DNA of 64,000 nucleotides from a bacterium. Its GTDB lineage: Bacteria > Joyebacterota > Joyebacteria > Joyebacterales > Joyebacteraceae. Of this stretch, positions 50,415-59,175 are shown one piece after another. A program made the translations under genes and the position numbers. Every line of letters starts with the position of its first letter. Position 1 is the first letter of the stretch. The stretch spans positions 96,845 to 160,844 of the forward strand of contig JAPEKQ010000002.1 in assembly GCA_029990205.1 (NCBI GenBank), read 5' to 3'. The notes beneath the pieces are model-generated. The model ran no database searches. It was not told where the DNA came from and saw only the letters and a list, made by a program, of their open reading frames with translations.

Positions 50415-52460
50415 CTACTTCAGAAGCGCCATCTTGATGACATCGGTCTCCTCCGCGGTCACGAGCCTCGCGAAGTAGACACCGGTGGCCACGCTTCTGC
50501 CGCCCTCGTCACGACCGTTCCACACCACCGAGTGCGGTCCAGCCTCGATCTCGGAGTCCACGAGCGTCCGGACGAGCTGTCCGTTGACATTGTAGACACT
50601 GAGTTCCACCGCGCCCGCGTTGGCCGGGACGCTGAACTGGATGTTCGTGACGGGGTTGAACGGATTCGGCGTGTTCTGACGGAGAGCGAGCTTCGTGAAG
50701 TCCGTCTCGGGCTCCTCGACCCCGGTCTCGTCGAAGTCGAACCAGTCCATGATCTTCCCGGCAACCGTCATCTGGTTGTTCGGATCCGGATCATCGGTCT
50801 TGATGTCCTCGAACGGGAAGGCGAAGAAGACGATCTTGTGCCCGTTCTCGGAGATCTTGAGCGCCTTGTTTCCGCTGCCCGTCGTGAAGATCACGTCGGA
50901 CGTCGTCTCGAACGAGTCGCTCTCGGAGTACGGGATCGGTCCACCGAGCAGACCGAGCGACATGCCGTCGGAGATGAAGTCGGAAGCAACGCCGGTCATG
51001 ATGAACCCGGATGTGTCGTTCGTCCACGACGTGACGTGGAGGTAGTCCTCGATGAACGTGTTGGTCGACCGGCTCGAGAGGTAGTTCATGCTCAGCAGCG
51101 CGAGGTTGCCGCCCGCATCAAGATACCCCATCATCGCGTCCTCAGCAGCGGCCGTGATCGTCAGCGCATCGCGGCTCGCCGTCGTCCAGAAGACCGCGTA
51201 GTAGTCGGTGAGCTGCGGCAGACCCGGCGTGCCGTCGGTGTACGGACTCAGCGTGTACGGGTAGTACCCGTTGTCGGTGAGCGCGTCCTGGATGTAGGTC
51301 TCGTACATCATCGGACCGTCGTCGTCGACGATGAGGATCGCCGGTGTCTCGCAGAAGGCCACGAATTCGGAAACCTGCTCCATCGCGTTCGCCGCACTGG
51401 TCATGCTGAGCGACGTCACACCCTTGTCCACGAGCGTTCCGTTGTAGTCGATGATGTGCACGGTGAGCGTCTCGGTATCGCCGGCCGCGACGAAAATGTC
51501 GGTCGCGCCCATGTAGCAGATGCCGTCGGTCGTGCAGTAGTTGGAGACCCAGTTGTACGGATCGCCGGGGAAGTCGGTCGTGAAGTCAAACGTGTACGTG
51601 TCGTCGGCGGTACCCGTGTTCGTGCAGTAGACGGTGTACACGGCCTCGCCGAAGAAGTCGATCTCCTCGGCGTGGTGCGTCGCGACCATCTCGAACGAAT
51701 ACGGATCGGGCATGATCGCCGCGTTGATGACCTGCTGCGGCGACTGATCCTCGATGAAGACAACGACGTGCATGTTGAGCGGGTTGTCCGTCGAGTTCGT
51801 CACACCCGTGAACGTCTTGTTGAACGTGACGTGCTCGCCGACCTCGAGATCGGCTTCGAGGATGGTCTCGGCCATGAGCATGTCGCGGACCGTGTACGGG
51901 TACGAAGCGTTCACGTCCTCGTAGATGACGAACTGCGCGACCAGGTCGCCCGCGCCGATGACATCCGTCGCTGTGAACGTGACATCGATCGTCCCGCCGA
52001 CGGTCCCGCGAGTCCCCTCGGCCACGATCGTGCCGGACACATCGATCTCGACCGGTGACGCGACAGCGAGACGAGACTCGACGATCGGGCCGAAGGTGTT
52101 CCCCACCGTCGTGCCCGCGCCAACGACATTCTGCGCACCATCGAACACCGTGTGCGGAATGCCGCCGACACTGTAGTAGCTCGCGCGCTGATAGGTGTCA
52201 CCAGTCGCGTAGATGTCGCTCACGTGGTAATAGAGCACCACGAGATCATCACCGTACGGGCCATACTGCACGCCGGTACTCGTGTGCACATAGCCGTTGT
52301 CCTGAAGGTCTACCAACGCCGCACGGGCGTTTGGGCAGTAGCCTCAGCCAGTTGATCCAAAGAGCTCCGCCAGGACCGCCCTGTCCGACGCGAGGGCGGA
52401 GACGGCGGACATCAGCAGGACTGCCGTCACGAGGGCAAAGATCGCCGTACGCTTCACCAT
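50415..52460 (-). CDS. Candidate selenoprotein: secreted thioredoxin-fold protein with UxxC motif (in-frame TGA at 52344-52346) and T9SS C-terminal sorting domain
   Basis: AAGGAG-N6-ATG at 52460 opens the signal peptide MVKRTAIFALVTAVLLMSAVSALASDRAVLAELFGSTG, followed by TGA, then the same frame continues for 643 codons. The region around the TGA aligns without gaps to the CxxC of the adjacent paralog: RAVLAELFGSTG-U-GYCPNARAALVDL versus RNVLVEFMTDFA-C-VNCPNGEAALENL. The C-terminus TPNPFNPVTNIQFSVPANAGAVELSVYNVNGQLVRTL...GVYFARLVTAEETDVIKMALLK is a T9SS CTD. The ORF track only reports the part after the TGA, starting at 52316. Confidence 0.55.
52344..52346 (-). other. In-frame UGA codon, candidate selenocysteine recoding site
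   Basis: This is codon 39 of the ORF above. It aligns to the first Cys of the CVNC motif in the paralog at 52618-53706. An imperfect hairpin (roughly nt +4 to +35 after the UGA, with a GU-containing apical loop CGUGC) is present where a bacterial SECIS would be expected. It was folded by eye only. Confidence 0.45.
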
Positions 52461-52617
52461 GCTGCTCTCCTTTCGCGGCGATGCCGCGCTGCTCTCAGGA
52501 TCCTTTCGCCCAGCCCAATGTGGCGACAGTGTTCCTGCTCTCGTGCTGTCGTTTCATGCTTCCTGTCGTCATCCGCTGCTGTTATGTCCTTCTCCCTGCA
52601 CCTGTGGTTCATCTATC

Positions 52618-53706
52618 TCAAGGACGCTGCGAGGTCGAGAGCCTCGCCGACTGAATGATCTCCAGCGTGTCATCGTTCTGAATGAACGCGATCGCGTCCA
52701 GATTCGCTGCGTTCCAACCGGGGTCGAGCGTCACGTCGTAGATGACCTCGGTGGACTCTCCGACTGCGGCCAGTGTGAACTGCTCGTCGTCGAGGATGTC
52801 GCGCGCGACGAACGGGAACAGATGCTGCGCGAAGGCAACATCCTCCTCCATCACGACGGTTCTCAGTACGTAGTCGCCCGCCGGCAACGCGTCTTCGACC
52901 CACACCTTCGCCGTCAACGAAGCGCGCGCCGAGAGGTCGCCGGTCAGCTCCATCGTGAGCGGTGACCCCACCGCCCGTCTGAGCTCGATCTCGAACTCGT
53001 ACTCGTCCTCGGCCTCCGCTACCGACGCGGCGCCGACGATCAGGCGCCCACCGTCGAAGATGGCCATCGGATGACCGCTACCGCCCGGGAACTCGGGATG
53101 GTTCAGATACCAGGTCTCCCGGGCCGCGGTCTCCGCCGTCCCGACCGGCTGGAGTGTGTGCCAGGCGACGACACAGAGCCTGTCCCTGCCGTACGCGTCC
53201 ATGAGGTTCTCGAGCGCCGCCTCGCCGTTGGGGCAGTTGACGCACGCGAAGTCGGTCATGAACTCGACGAGCACGTTCCGGTCGACCAGCCCCCCGGCCG
53301 GCCCGGCCGAGAACGAACAGGTCGCCGCTGTTCCCTCATCACCGGCGTCATCGACGGCCGCGACGGTGAAGACGTGATCGCCCTCCTCTACACTCTCAAT
53401 GAGAAGCGTGTCCGCCGTCGTCGATCCCGTGACGGTGTCGTCGTACGTCCACTCGTAGCTCGCCACATCACCATCGATGTCCGTGCCGACCCACCGGATG
53501 ATCGTGTCCTCGCCGGCGAGAAGCGTGCCCGCCTGGGGACAATCGGTGATCGTCACGCTCGGCAGGAAGTTCGCCGCGATCGGATCTGTGAACCAGTCAC
53601 ATCCTCCCTGTGCCGCGATCCAGACGACCAGGAGGATGAGCGCGAACAGCGGCCTGGCGGCGCGCGGCCGACCAACGCTGCTCGTATGATGCGTTCCGTT
53701 CGTCAC
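52618..53706 (-). CDS. Secreted/lipoprotein-like thioredoxin-fold protein with CxxC (CVNC), Cys-containing paralog of the selenoprotein candidate
   Basis: Signal peptide with a lipobox-like WIAAQGGC, an Ig-like beta-sandwich domain, then VLVEFMTDFACVNCPNGEAAL...LCVVAWH...GHPMAIFDGG. This is a thioredoxin-like beta-strand/CxxC/helix arrangement followed by a cis-Pro loop. It has no T9SS CTD. Confidence 0.6.
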   Translation of the reverse strand: MTNGTHHTSSVGRPRAARPLFALILLVVWIAAQGGCDWFTDPIAANFLPSVTITDCPQAGTLLAGEDTIIRWVGTDIDGDVASYEWTYDDTVTGSTTADTLLIESVEEGDHVFTVAAVDDAGDEGTAATCSFSAGPAGGLVDRNVLVEFMTDFACVNCPNGEAALENLMDAYGRDRLCVVAWHTLQPVGTAETAARETWYLNHPEFPGGSGHPMAIFDGGRLIVGAASVAEAEDEYEFEIELRRAVGSPLTMELTGDLSARASLTAKVWVEDALPAGDYVLRTVVMEEDVAFAQHLFPFVARDILDDEQFTLAAVGESTEVIYDVTLDPGWNAANLDAIAFIQNDDTLEIIQSARLSTSQRP

Positions 53707-53718
53707 GAAACCATCCTC

Positions 53719-55197
53719 CTAGAAGTAGGTCGTCAGTCTGACGCGCGCACCCGAGAACTCCGGCTCGACGCGGCAGACGCCGCCCGAGCACTTGAGACCG
53801 CCGCGCTCGCTTCCGATCGACACGCCAAGCTCGAGGTCATCTCTGAGAATGCTCTTCACCTCGAACATCGCCCAGACACTCCGGTCCTCGGACTCGTCAT
53901 CCGTTCCCTCGACAACCGACGCGAAGGTGATGCCGGACGACGTGTAGACGGTCATCGCGACGAGGTAGTCGAGCGATACCGTCTCGGCGATGTCGGTCGT
54001 CTCACCGGCCTGCACCTGGAGCTCCATCGGCTGACCCGACGGCAGCGGCAGGATCACTTCCGCTCCGGCCGTCTTGTGCTCGATGAACTTGCCGAGTTCG
54101 TACTCGCGGGACCAGGCGGCTCCGGCAGAGAGTGACGTGTCACCGATCCACGCGTCGGCCTGCCCGAACATCTCCCAGTGCGCCAGGTCGGCGTCGTGGT
54201 TCCTCGCCTCCGACGCCCCGCCGAGGACGGTGACGCTCTCTCCGAGCGGCACGGTCGCCTCGACAAGATACCCGCGCTCGTCGTTGAGCTTCGGCTCGTA
54301 GGTCGCGCGGTTCATCAGCGTCCAGAGATGCTCGCGTACGGCCGTCGGCGGATTGACCAGGAAGTGCTGGAACCGGTCGTAATCCTTGTACTCACCGAAC
54401 AGCGTTGCCCACGGCAGCTCGACCGTCGCCGTGACATAGGTGGCATGACCCTCCATGTCATCGATCTCGAGTTCTCCGTCGTCGCCCTGACGCCCGACAT
54501 ACTCGCCCGCCAGCGACACCGGACCGAGCCACGCATTCACCTCACCGCCCAGAAGCAGGTCCTCGGAGCGCCCGAGTGACTCGGTAACGATCGGATCGTC
54601 GTCTTCCTTGTTCGACGCCCGCTCAACGACGCTTCCCGCGATGTCGAGCCAGCTCGCGACCGAGCGGGTCGCGCGAACAGCGCGAACGTTGTGCCTGCGA
54701 TACCTCGTCTCGGACAGCGGCTCGTCCACGGAACCCGCCAGCACGGTCACATCGGCGGCCGAGAACGAATACTCACCGAGCAGGCCGTCGAGCACGGTGT
54801 CGTGCTCAAGATCAACATCCTCGAAGCTCCTCAGAGCCAGCCCGCGACCGAACGTCGAGTAGAAGTGTCCCACCCGCAGGTGGAGATTCTCACGGTCGAG
54901 CGCGGCGTACCGGTGCTTGATCTCGGACTCCGGGATGTTCACGCCAGCCGGGTTGTATGTCGGCAGCGAGAGCTGGTAAGCGCGGTAGACGGCGCCCACG
55001 GTCAGCGGACCTATGCCGGCATCGACTTCGAGTCTGGCGTCGAAGGCGGACGCCTCCTCCCCCGTATCGAAGAGATACTCGCCGGTCACCGCGCCGCTCG
55101 ACCAGGCTCCGTCATCGGCCGAGGCTATCGCCGGCGCGACGGACATGAGTCCCGCAACGGCGATGCAAAGGAGGACTCGTCTAGTCAACGGCTCCAT
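53719..55197 (-). CDS. Predicted outer-membrane beta-barrel protein (uncharacterised)
   Basis: Signal peptide MEPLTRRVLLCIAVAGLMSVAPAIASADD, alternating amphipathic beta-strands throughout, and a C-terminus ...RVRLTTYF (terminal aromatic residue typical of OMPs). A CSGGVC pair lies near the C-terminus. The ORF track's first 47 aa are artefact. Confidence 0.5.
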   Translation of the reverse strand: MEPLTRRVLLCIAVAGLMSVAPAIASADDGAWSSGAVTGEYLFDTGEEASAFDARLEVDAGIGPLTVGAVYRAYQLSLPTYNPAGVNIPESEIKHRYAALDRENLHLRVGHFYSTFGRGLALRSFEDVDLEHDTVLDGLLGEYSFSAADVTVLAGSVDEPLSETRYRRHNVRAVRATRSVASWLDIAGSVVERASNKEDDDPIVTESLGRSEDLLLGGEVNAWLGPVSLAGEYVGRQGDDGELEIDDMEGHATYVTATVELPWATLFGEYKDYDRFQHFLVNPPTAVREHLWTLMNRATYEPKLNDERGYLVEATVPLGESVTVLGGASEARNHDADLAHWEMFGQADAWIGDTSLSAGAAWSREYELGKFIEHKTAGAEVILPLPSGQPMELQVQAGETTDIAETVSLDYLVAMTVYTSSGITFASVVEGTDDESEDRSVWAMFEVKSILRDDLELGVSIGSERGGLKCSGGVCRVEPEFSGARVRLTTYF

Positions 55198-55762
55198 CCT
55201 CGTTGACGGCCGCTTCCTCGGTCTCAGCCTCGTCGCCCTCGTCCGGACAGTCCTCGGGGATGAGCGCCGCGACGGCGGCGTCCAGTTCCGCGTGGTTCGT
55301 CGGCCGGTACCCGGTGACCGCCCACGCGACCGTCCCATCCTGCCTCACGAGAACCGTGCGCGGGACCGACGTCACGTGGTACTTCTTCGCGACGGCCATA
55401 CTCGGGTCGAGCAGCACCTCAAAGGTGTTGCCCTTCGAGGCGATGAACGGCTTCACCTTCGAGGTCGAACGAGGTCCGTCGATCGAGATCGCAACGACCG
55501 TCAGACCGCAGTCTTCGTATTTGTCAAAGAGCTCCTGCAGATCCGGAAAGGCCTTGATGCACGGCTTGCACCACGTGGCCCAGAAATCAAGGACAACCGG
55601 TCCATCCTTCAGCAACTCAGAGAGCGTCACATCTTCGCCGTCGATGTTCTTCAGCGTGAACTCGGGCGCCTTCGCATTGGCGCCGTATGACATAGTCGTC
55701 CCCATCAACACGAGGACGGCCGCGCACAGAAGTGCGAGTCCGGTTCGTCTCCTGCCGGTCAT
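55181..55762 (-). CDS. TlpA/ResA-like periplasmic thiol-disulfide oxidoreductase
   Basis: Signal peptide, then VVLDFWATWCKPCIKAFPDLQEL...VVAISID..., the redoxin fold with WCxPC. Confidence 0.8.
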   Translation of the reverse strand: MTGRRRTGLALLCAAVLVLMGTTMSYGANAKAPEFTLKNIDGEDVTLSELLKDGPVVLDFWATWCKPCIKAFPDLQELFDKYEDCGLTVVAISIDGPRSTSKVKPFIASKGNTFEVLLDPSMAVAKKYHVTSVPRTVLVRQDGTVAWAVTGYRPTNHAELDAAVAALIPEDCPDEGDEAETEEAAVNEDGAVD

Positions 55763-55788
55763 GAGTCCCCCAATAGTTGGCCTAACTT

Positions 55789-55817
55789 ATTATACCACCA
55801 TCATTACCAATGGTCAA
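55789..55817 (-). promoter_or_regulatory. Near-consensus sigma70-type promoter (TTGACC-N17-TATAAT) driving the TlpA-led operon
   Basis: The minus strand reads TTGACC attggtaatgatggtgg TATAAT in a local AT-rich patch. The TlpA start codon is about 27 nt downstream, with SD GGGGGA. Confidence 0.4.
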
Positions 55818-56046
55818 GGCATCATCAGAGCGGCCCTGTTCGACCGATCTGGCGCCTGTCCCCCTCACCATGAGCGGAAGTCCGCGTACAGGGCCTTCCA
55901 CGGCTCCGACGTACGCGCCCCCGACCATCGTCTGCTTCGATGCAGACGTCAGCCGGGGGGATTCGACGCTCTTGTGCCGGTCATCATTCGTTGCCGGCGC
56001 AACTGCTTTGCACACAGTAATATAGCGGGTCATCGCGGTATCCGGT

Positions 56047-56721
56047 CTATCCCGCGAGCGCTCCCGCTTCAACTCCCAGTGTATGAACGGGCTCGGTGTC
56101 CGGCCCCAGGTGCCCGAGGATGCATCCAAGCGCCTCATGGATGGCGTCCTCGTCGGTGACCAAGTTCATCGAGTCGGTCTCGAGCGTCAGGACCGTCGTC
56201 TCTGCCCTGGCCCGGTCGCTCCAATCCTCGTACGCGTCGTTGAGCGCCTCGAGATAGGCCGGGTCGATGTCACGTTCGCAGTCGCGCCCGCGACATCCGA
56301 TACGGTCGAGCAGCGTGCCGACTCGCGCCCGCAGATAGACGATGAGATCCGGCGTCCTCAGGAAGCTCGTCATCGCATCGAAGAGCGCGGTGTAATTCTC
56401 GTAGTCGCGCTCGGGCATGTTGCCCTGACGGTAGAGGGTCGTCGCGAAGATCTCCTTGTCCTCGTAGATGGTCCTGTCCTGAATGCACGACTCGTCCGAG
56501 CCGACCATCTCGCGGTGGATCTCAAAACGCTTCGAAAGGAAGTAGACCTGAAGGTGGAACGACCACCGGTCCATGTCGGAGTAGAAGTCGTTGAGGTAGG
56601 GGTTGTTGATGACCGGTTCGTAGTACGCGCGCCATCCAAGCTGGTTCGCGAGCAGCGTCGTGAGGTGCGTCTTGCCGACACCGATGTTTCCCGCGACCGC
56701 GACAAACTGTCCGGGCTTCAT
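56047..56721 (-). CDS. Deoxynucleoside kinase (dNK/dGK family)
   Basis: P-loop VAVAGNIGVGKTHL, the ERS-like region YEPVINNPYL, and a DRY-like lid region. The start is probably MKPGQF at 56721 (SD GGAG); the track ORF extends to 56829. Confidence 0.7.
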   Translation of the reverse strand: MKPGQFVAVAGNIGVGKTHLTTLLANQLGWRAYYEPVINNPYLNDFYSDMDRWSFHLQVYFLSKRFEIHREMVGSDESCIQDRTIYEDKEIFATTLYRQGNMPERDYENYTALFDAMTSFLRTPDLIVYLRARVGTLLDRIGCRGRDCERDIDPAYLEALNDAYEDWSDRARAETTVLTLETDSMNLVTDEDAIHEALGCILGHLGPDTEPVHTLGVEAGALAG

Positions 56722-56900
56722 GAGCGACTCCAGGGCTGTTTCGGCTGACCGCCGGCGGAGGAACGCCGGCTCGAGGCGGTCGCAGTATAGGATGTTCGGC
56801 TCGCGAGTGTCAACGGCAATCGGGGCCATCCAGAGGATGACCCCGACAGAATCTCAGATGGCCACAACGCTGCGTTCCTGCGCCGGCCCGCGGCGTCCGC

Positions 56901-57293
56901 TCAGGCCACGATGACGACTTCGGTCCCGACCTCGACGGCCGCAGCGAGACGCGTGAGTTCCTCGTTCCGCATCCGTATGCAGCCGCGGCTCGACTTCGTC
57001 CCGATCGAATCGGGCTCGTCCGTCCCGTGGATGCCTATCCCCTCCCACGGCGGGCAGTCCAGCCGCAGGAAGAGTGGGCCGTACGAAAGCCTGCCCGCAT
57101 GCTCCCAGTCGCCTGAGTCCTCGATGGACACGATTCGGAACGTCCCCTCGGGAGTCCGACAGTCCCCGACCGCCAGCTTGTCCCCCGCATCGGGGTTCGA
57201 GCCGATGCCGATCGTGAATCGCTCGGTCCCCGCGTCGGTGACAAGCTCGAGCGCGAACTCGGACTTCCTCACGATGATGCGCGAGGCGCTCAT
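56901..57293 (-). CDS. L,D-transpeptidase catalytic domain protein (YkuD fold)
   Basis: GIHGTDEPDSIGTKSSRGCIRMRNEEL is the His/Cys catalytic motif of L,D-transpeptidases. Confidence 0.7.
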   Translation of the reverse strand: MSASRIIVRKSEFALELVTDAGTERFTIGIGSNPDAGDKLAVGDCRTPEGTFRIVSIEDSGDWEHAGRLSYGPLFLRLDCPPWEGIGIHGTDEPDSIGTKSSRGCIRMRNEELTRLAAAVEVGTEVVIVA

Positions 57294-57591
57294 CGATCAG
57301 TCTCCGGGCTCTGCTCGCTGCGGCTCTGCTGCGTCGTCTCGTGCGTGCTCTTCTGCGTCGCCTCCTCTGCTCCCTGTTCTGTGGTGTTCACCCGCTCCGC
57401 GGGTTCGCATGAACCGCGGAGTCAGGTCGACACCCCCAGACGGGGCAGGATCACAAGCTGCAGCAGAAGCCAGACCGCCACGAACGCGATCGGCAGCGCC
57501 AGTTCGCCCATCCTCATCGTCCACCCGCTCCTTGATCGAACCGTGTGTCGCCCGGACACTCTCCGGGCTACCTGGATGCTCTCCGGTCTAT

Positions 57592-58176
57592 CTAGATGTT
57601 CTCCGCGCCGCCCAGGAGCATCTCGATCTCGGACCGCATCTCGGGACGCATCTCGTTGGAGAAACCGATGTGCTTGGCTGCGATGCGACCGTCGCGCCCG
57701 ATGATGAACGTCGTCGGAATACCGCTGACCTTGTACGCCTCACCGACGGTACGGTTGCCAACGAGAATCGTGTAGTCGATGCCGTTGCTGTCGACGAACG
57801 GAGCGAGATCCGTCGCGCCACCCTGGTCGAGGCCGACGATCTCGAGCCCCTGCTCTTCGAACTCATCGTAGAGCTCTATGAGGAACGGGATCTCCTCGCG
57901 GCACGGCGGACACCACGTCGCCCAGAGGTCGAGCACGACGACCTTGCCATCGAAATCGCTCAGCGAGACTTCCTCGCCGTCGAGATTCGGAAGCACGAAC
58001 GCCGGCGGGAACTCACCCACGTTGACGCCGGTCTCCTCGGAGGTTTCGGGGCTGTCCATCGCGACGGTCTCGTCCGCCGTCGTCGCGGCCTCGTCCGTCG
58101 AGCCGCTGCACCCGCCGAGGATGCCGACGGCGAACAGGGCGATCAGCGCGAAGGCCACTGCGTTTCTCATCTTCAT
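57592..58176 (-). CDS. TlpA-like thiol-disulfide oxidoreductase lipoprotein
   Basis: Lipobox ILGGCSG, then VVLDLWATWCPPCREEIPFL in a redoxin fold. Confidence 0.8.
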   Translation of the reverse strand: MKMRNAVAFALIALFAVGILGGCSGSTDEAATTADETVAMDSPETSEETGVNVGEFPPAFVLPNLDGEEVSLSDFDGKVVVLDLWATWCPPCREEIPFLIELYDEFEEQGLEIVGLDQGGATDLAPFVDSNGIDYTILVGNRTVGEAYKVSGIPTTFIIGRDGRIAAKHIGFSNEMRPEMRSEIEMLLGGAENI

Positions 58177-58240
58177 AGTCTCACTCCCTGAGCTGTGTCC
58201 GCGCCGGGCGCCGTGCGCCGCGCGGAAGCTGTGTCCGTGC

Positions 58241-58573
58241 CTATGCGAGATGCTGGTCGATGCGCTCCTGGATGCTCTGCTTCGAGGCGGCGCCGACGAT
58301 CATGTCGACCTGCTGTCCGGCCTTGAAGAACAGAAGCGCGGGGATGCCGCGGATGCCGTACTGCTGCGCGAGCGTCGGGTTCTCATCGACGTTCACCTTC
58401 GCGACCTTCATCTTGCCTGCGTTGTCGACGGCGATCTCGTCCACGACGGGACCGACGAGCCTGCACGGGGCACACCAGGGCGCCCAAAAGTCCACGAGGA
58501 CCAGTCCGCTGTCACCAGCTACTTCCGTCGCGAAGTTGTCGACCGTTGCTGTGATCACGCCTTCTCCAGCCAT
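58241..58573 (-). CDS. trxA: Thioredoxin
   Basis: 110 aa with LVDFWAPWCAPCR and a cis-Pro region GIRGIPALLFF. Confidence 0.85.
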   Translation of the reverse strand: MAGEGVITATVDNFATEVAGDSGLVLVDFWAPWCAPCRLVGPVVDEIAVDNAGKMKVAKVNVDENPTLAQQYGIRGIPALLFFKAGQQVDMIVGAASKQSIQERIDQHLA

Positions 58574-58643
58574 TGTACTCCCCCTGTTGCCCCGCCGTCA
58601 TGCGGCGGGTGTTTCGGGTCCGCTGCCACTGTTGTCGATCGTT

Positions 58644-58985
58644 CTAGTTCCGCTTCCCGCTCGCGCGCCCGTGTGCCGGGGGCACAAGCACCTTCAACAC
58701 CGCCGCCGCAGACTCATCCCGCAGCCGGTAGCAGACGAGGTGCCCCTTTCTCTCCGACTCGATGAGCCCCGCGTACCGAAGCCGCTGCAGATGCTGGGAA
58801 ACCGACGGCTGCGGCACCCCCAGAAGCTCCTCAAGCCTGCTGACACACAGCTCCCCCTCCCGAAGCAGATGCACGATTCTGAGCCTGGTCGGGTGAGACA
58901 TCGCTTTGAGGACCTCGGCAGCGCGGCCGAAGGTCTCTTCGATGTTCCCGCTGCCTGGTGAGGTCATGGTCACGCTCCTTGTCAC
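58644..58985 (-). CDS. ArsR/SmtB-family metal/redox-responsive transcriptional regulator
   Basis: Winged HTH: LKAMSHPTRLRIVHLLREGELCVSRLEELLGVPQPSVSQHLQRLRYAGLI. Confidence 0.75.
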   Translation of the reverse strand: MTRSVTMTSPGSGNIEETFGRAAEVLKAMSHPTRLRIVHLLREGELCVSRLEELLGVPQPSVSQHLQRLRYAGLIESERKGHLVCYRLRDESAAAVLKVLVPPAHGRASGKRN

Positions 58986-59175
58986 ATGGAATATGCAAAT
59001 GTCATGATACTATATAATCACGATATCAGGCGGTGTCAAGCGCAAAAGAACGCCCCCGACCTCGGAGGTCGGGGGCGCATGTCTCTATATAGATAGTGTG
59101 AGGCCCGCCTGGTGAGCGTGGCCGCCGGTGACACCGCCACCGCCGCCGGCCGCCCCGGCGACAGCTACTCTGCAG

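Noticed and set aside
52344-52346. Reading the in-frame TGA as evidence of an alternative genetic code (TGA=Trp/Gly) or as a simple pseudogene
   Set aside because: TGA functions as a stop at tmk, and an alternative code conflicts with about 70% GC. A plain nonsense mutation would not be expected to fall precisely on the CxxC Cys column of the paralog. Pseudogenisation or a sequencing error still cannot be excluded without reads or orthologs, so the confidence is kept moderate.
56047-56829. Deoxynucleoside kinase as part of a mobile or phage-derived insertion (dNKs are common in phages)
   Set aside because: There are no flanking integrase, repeats or compositional shift. The gene matches the local GC and codon usage.
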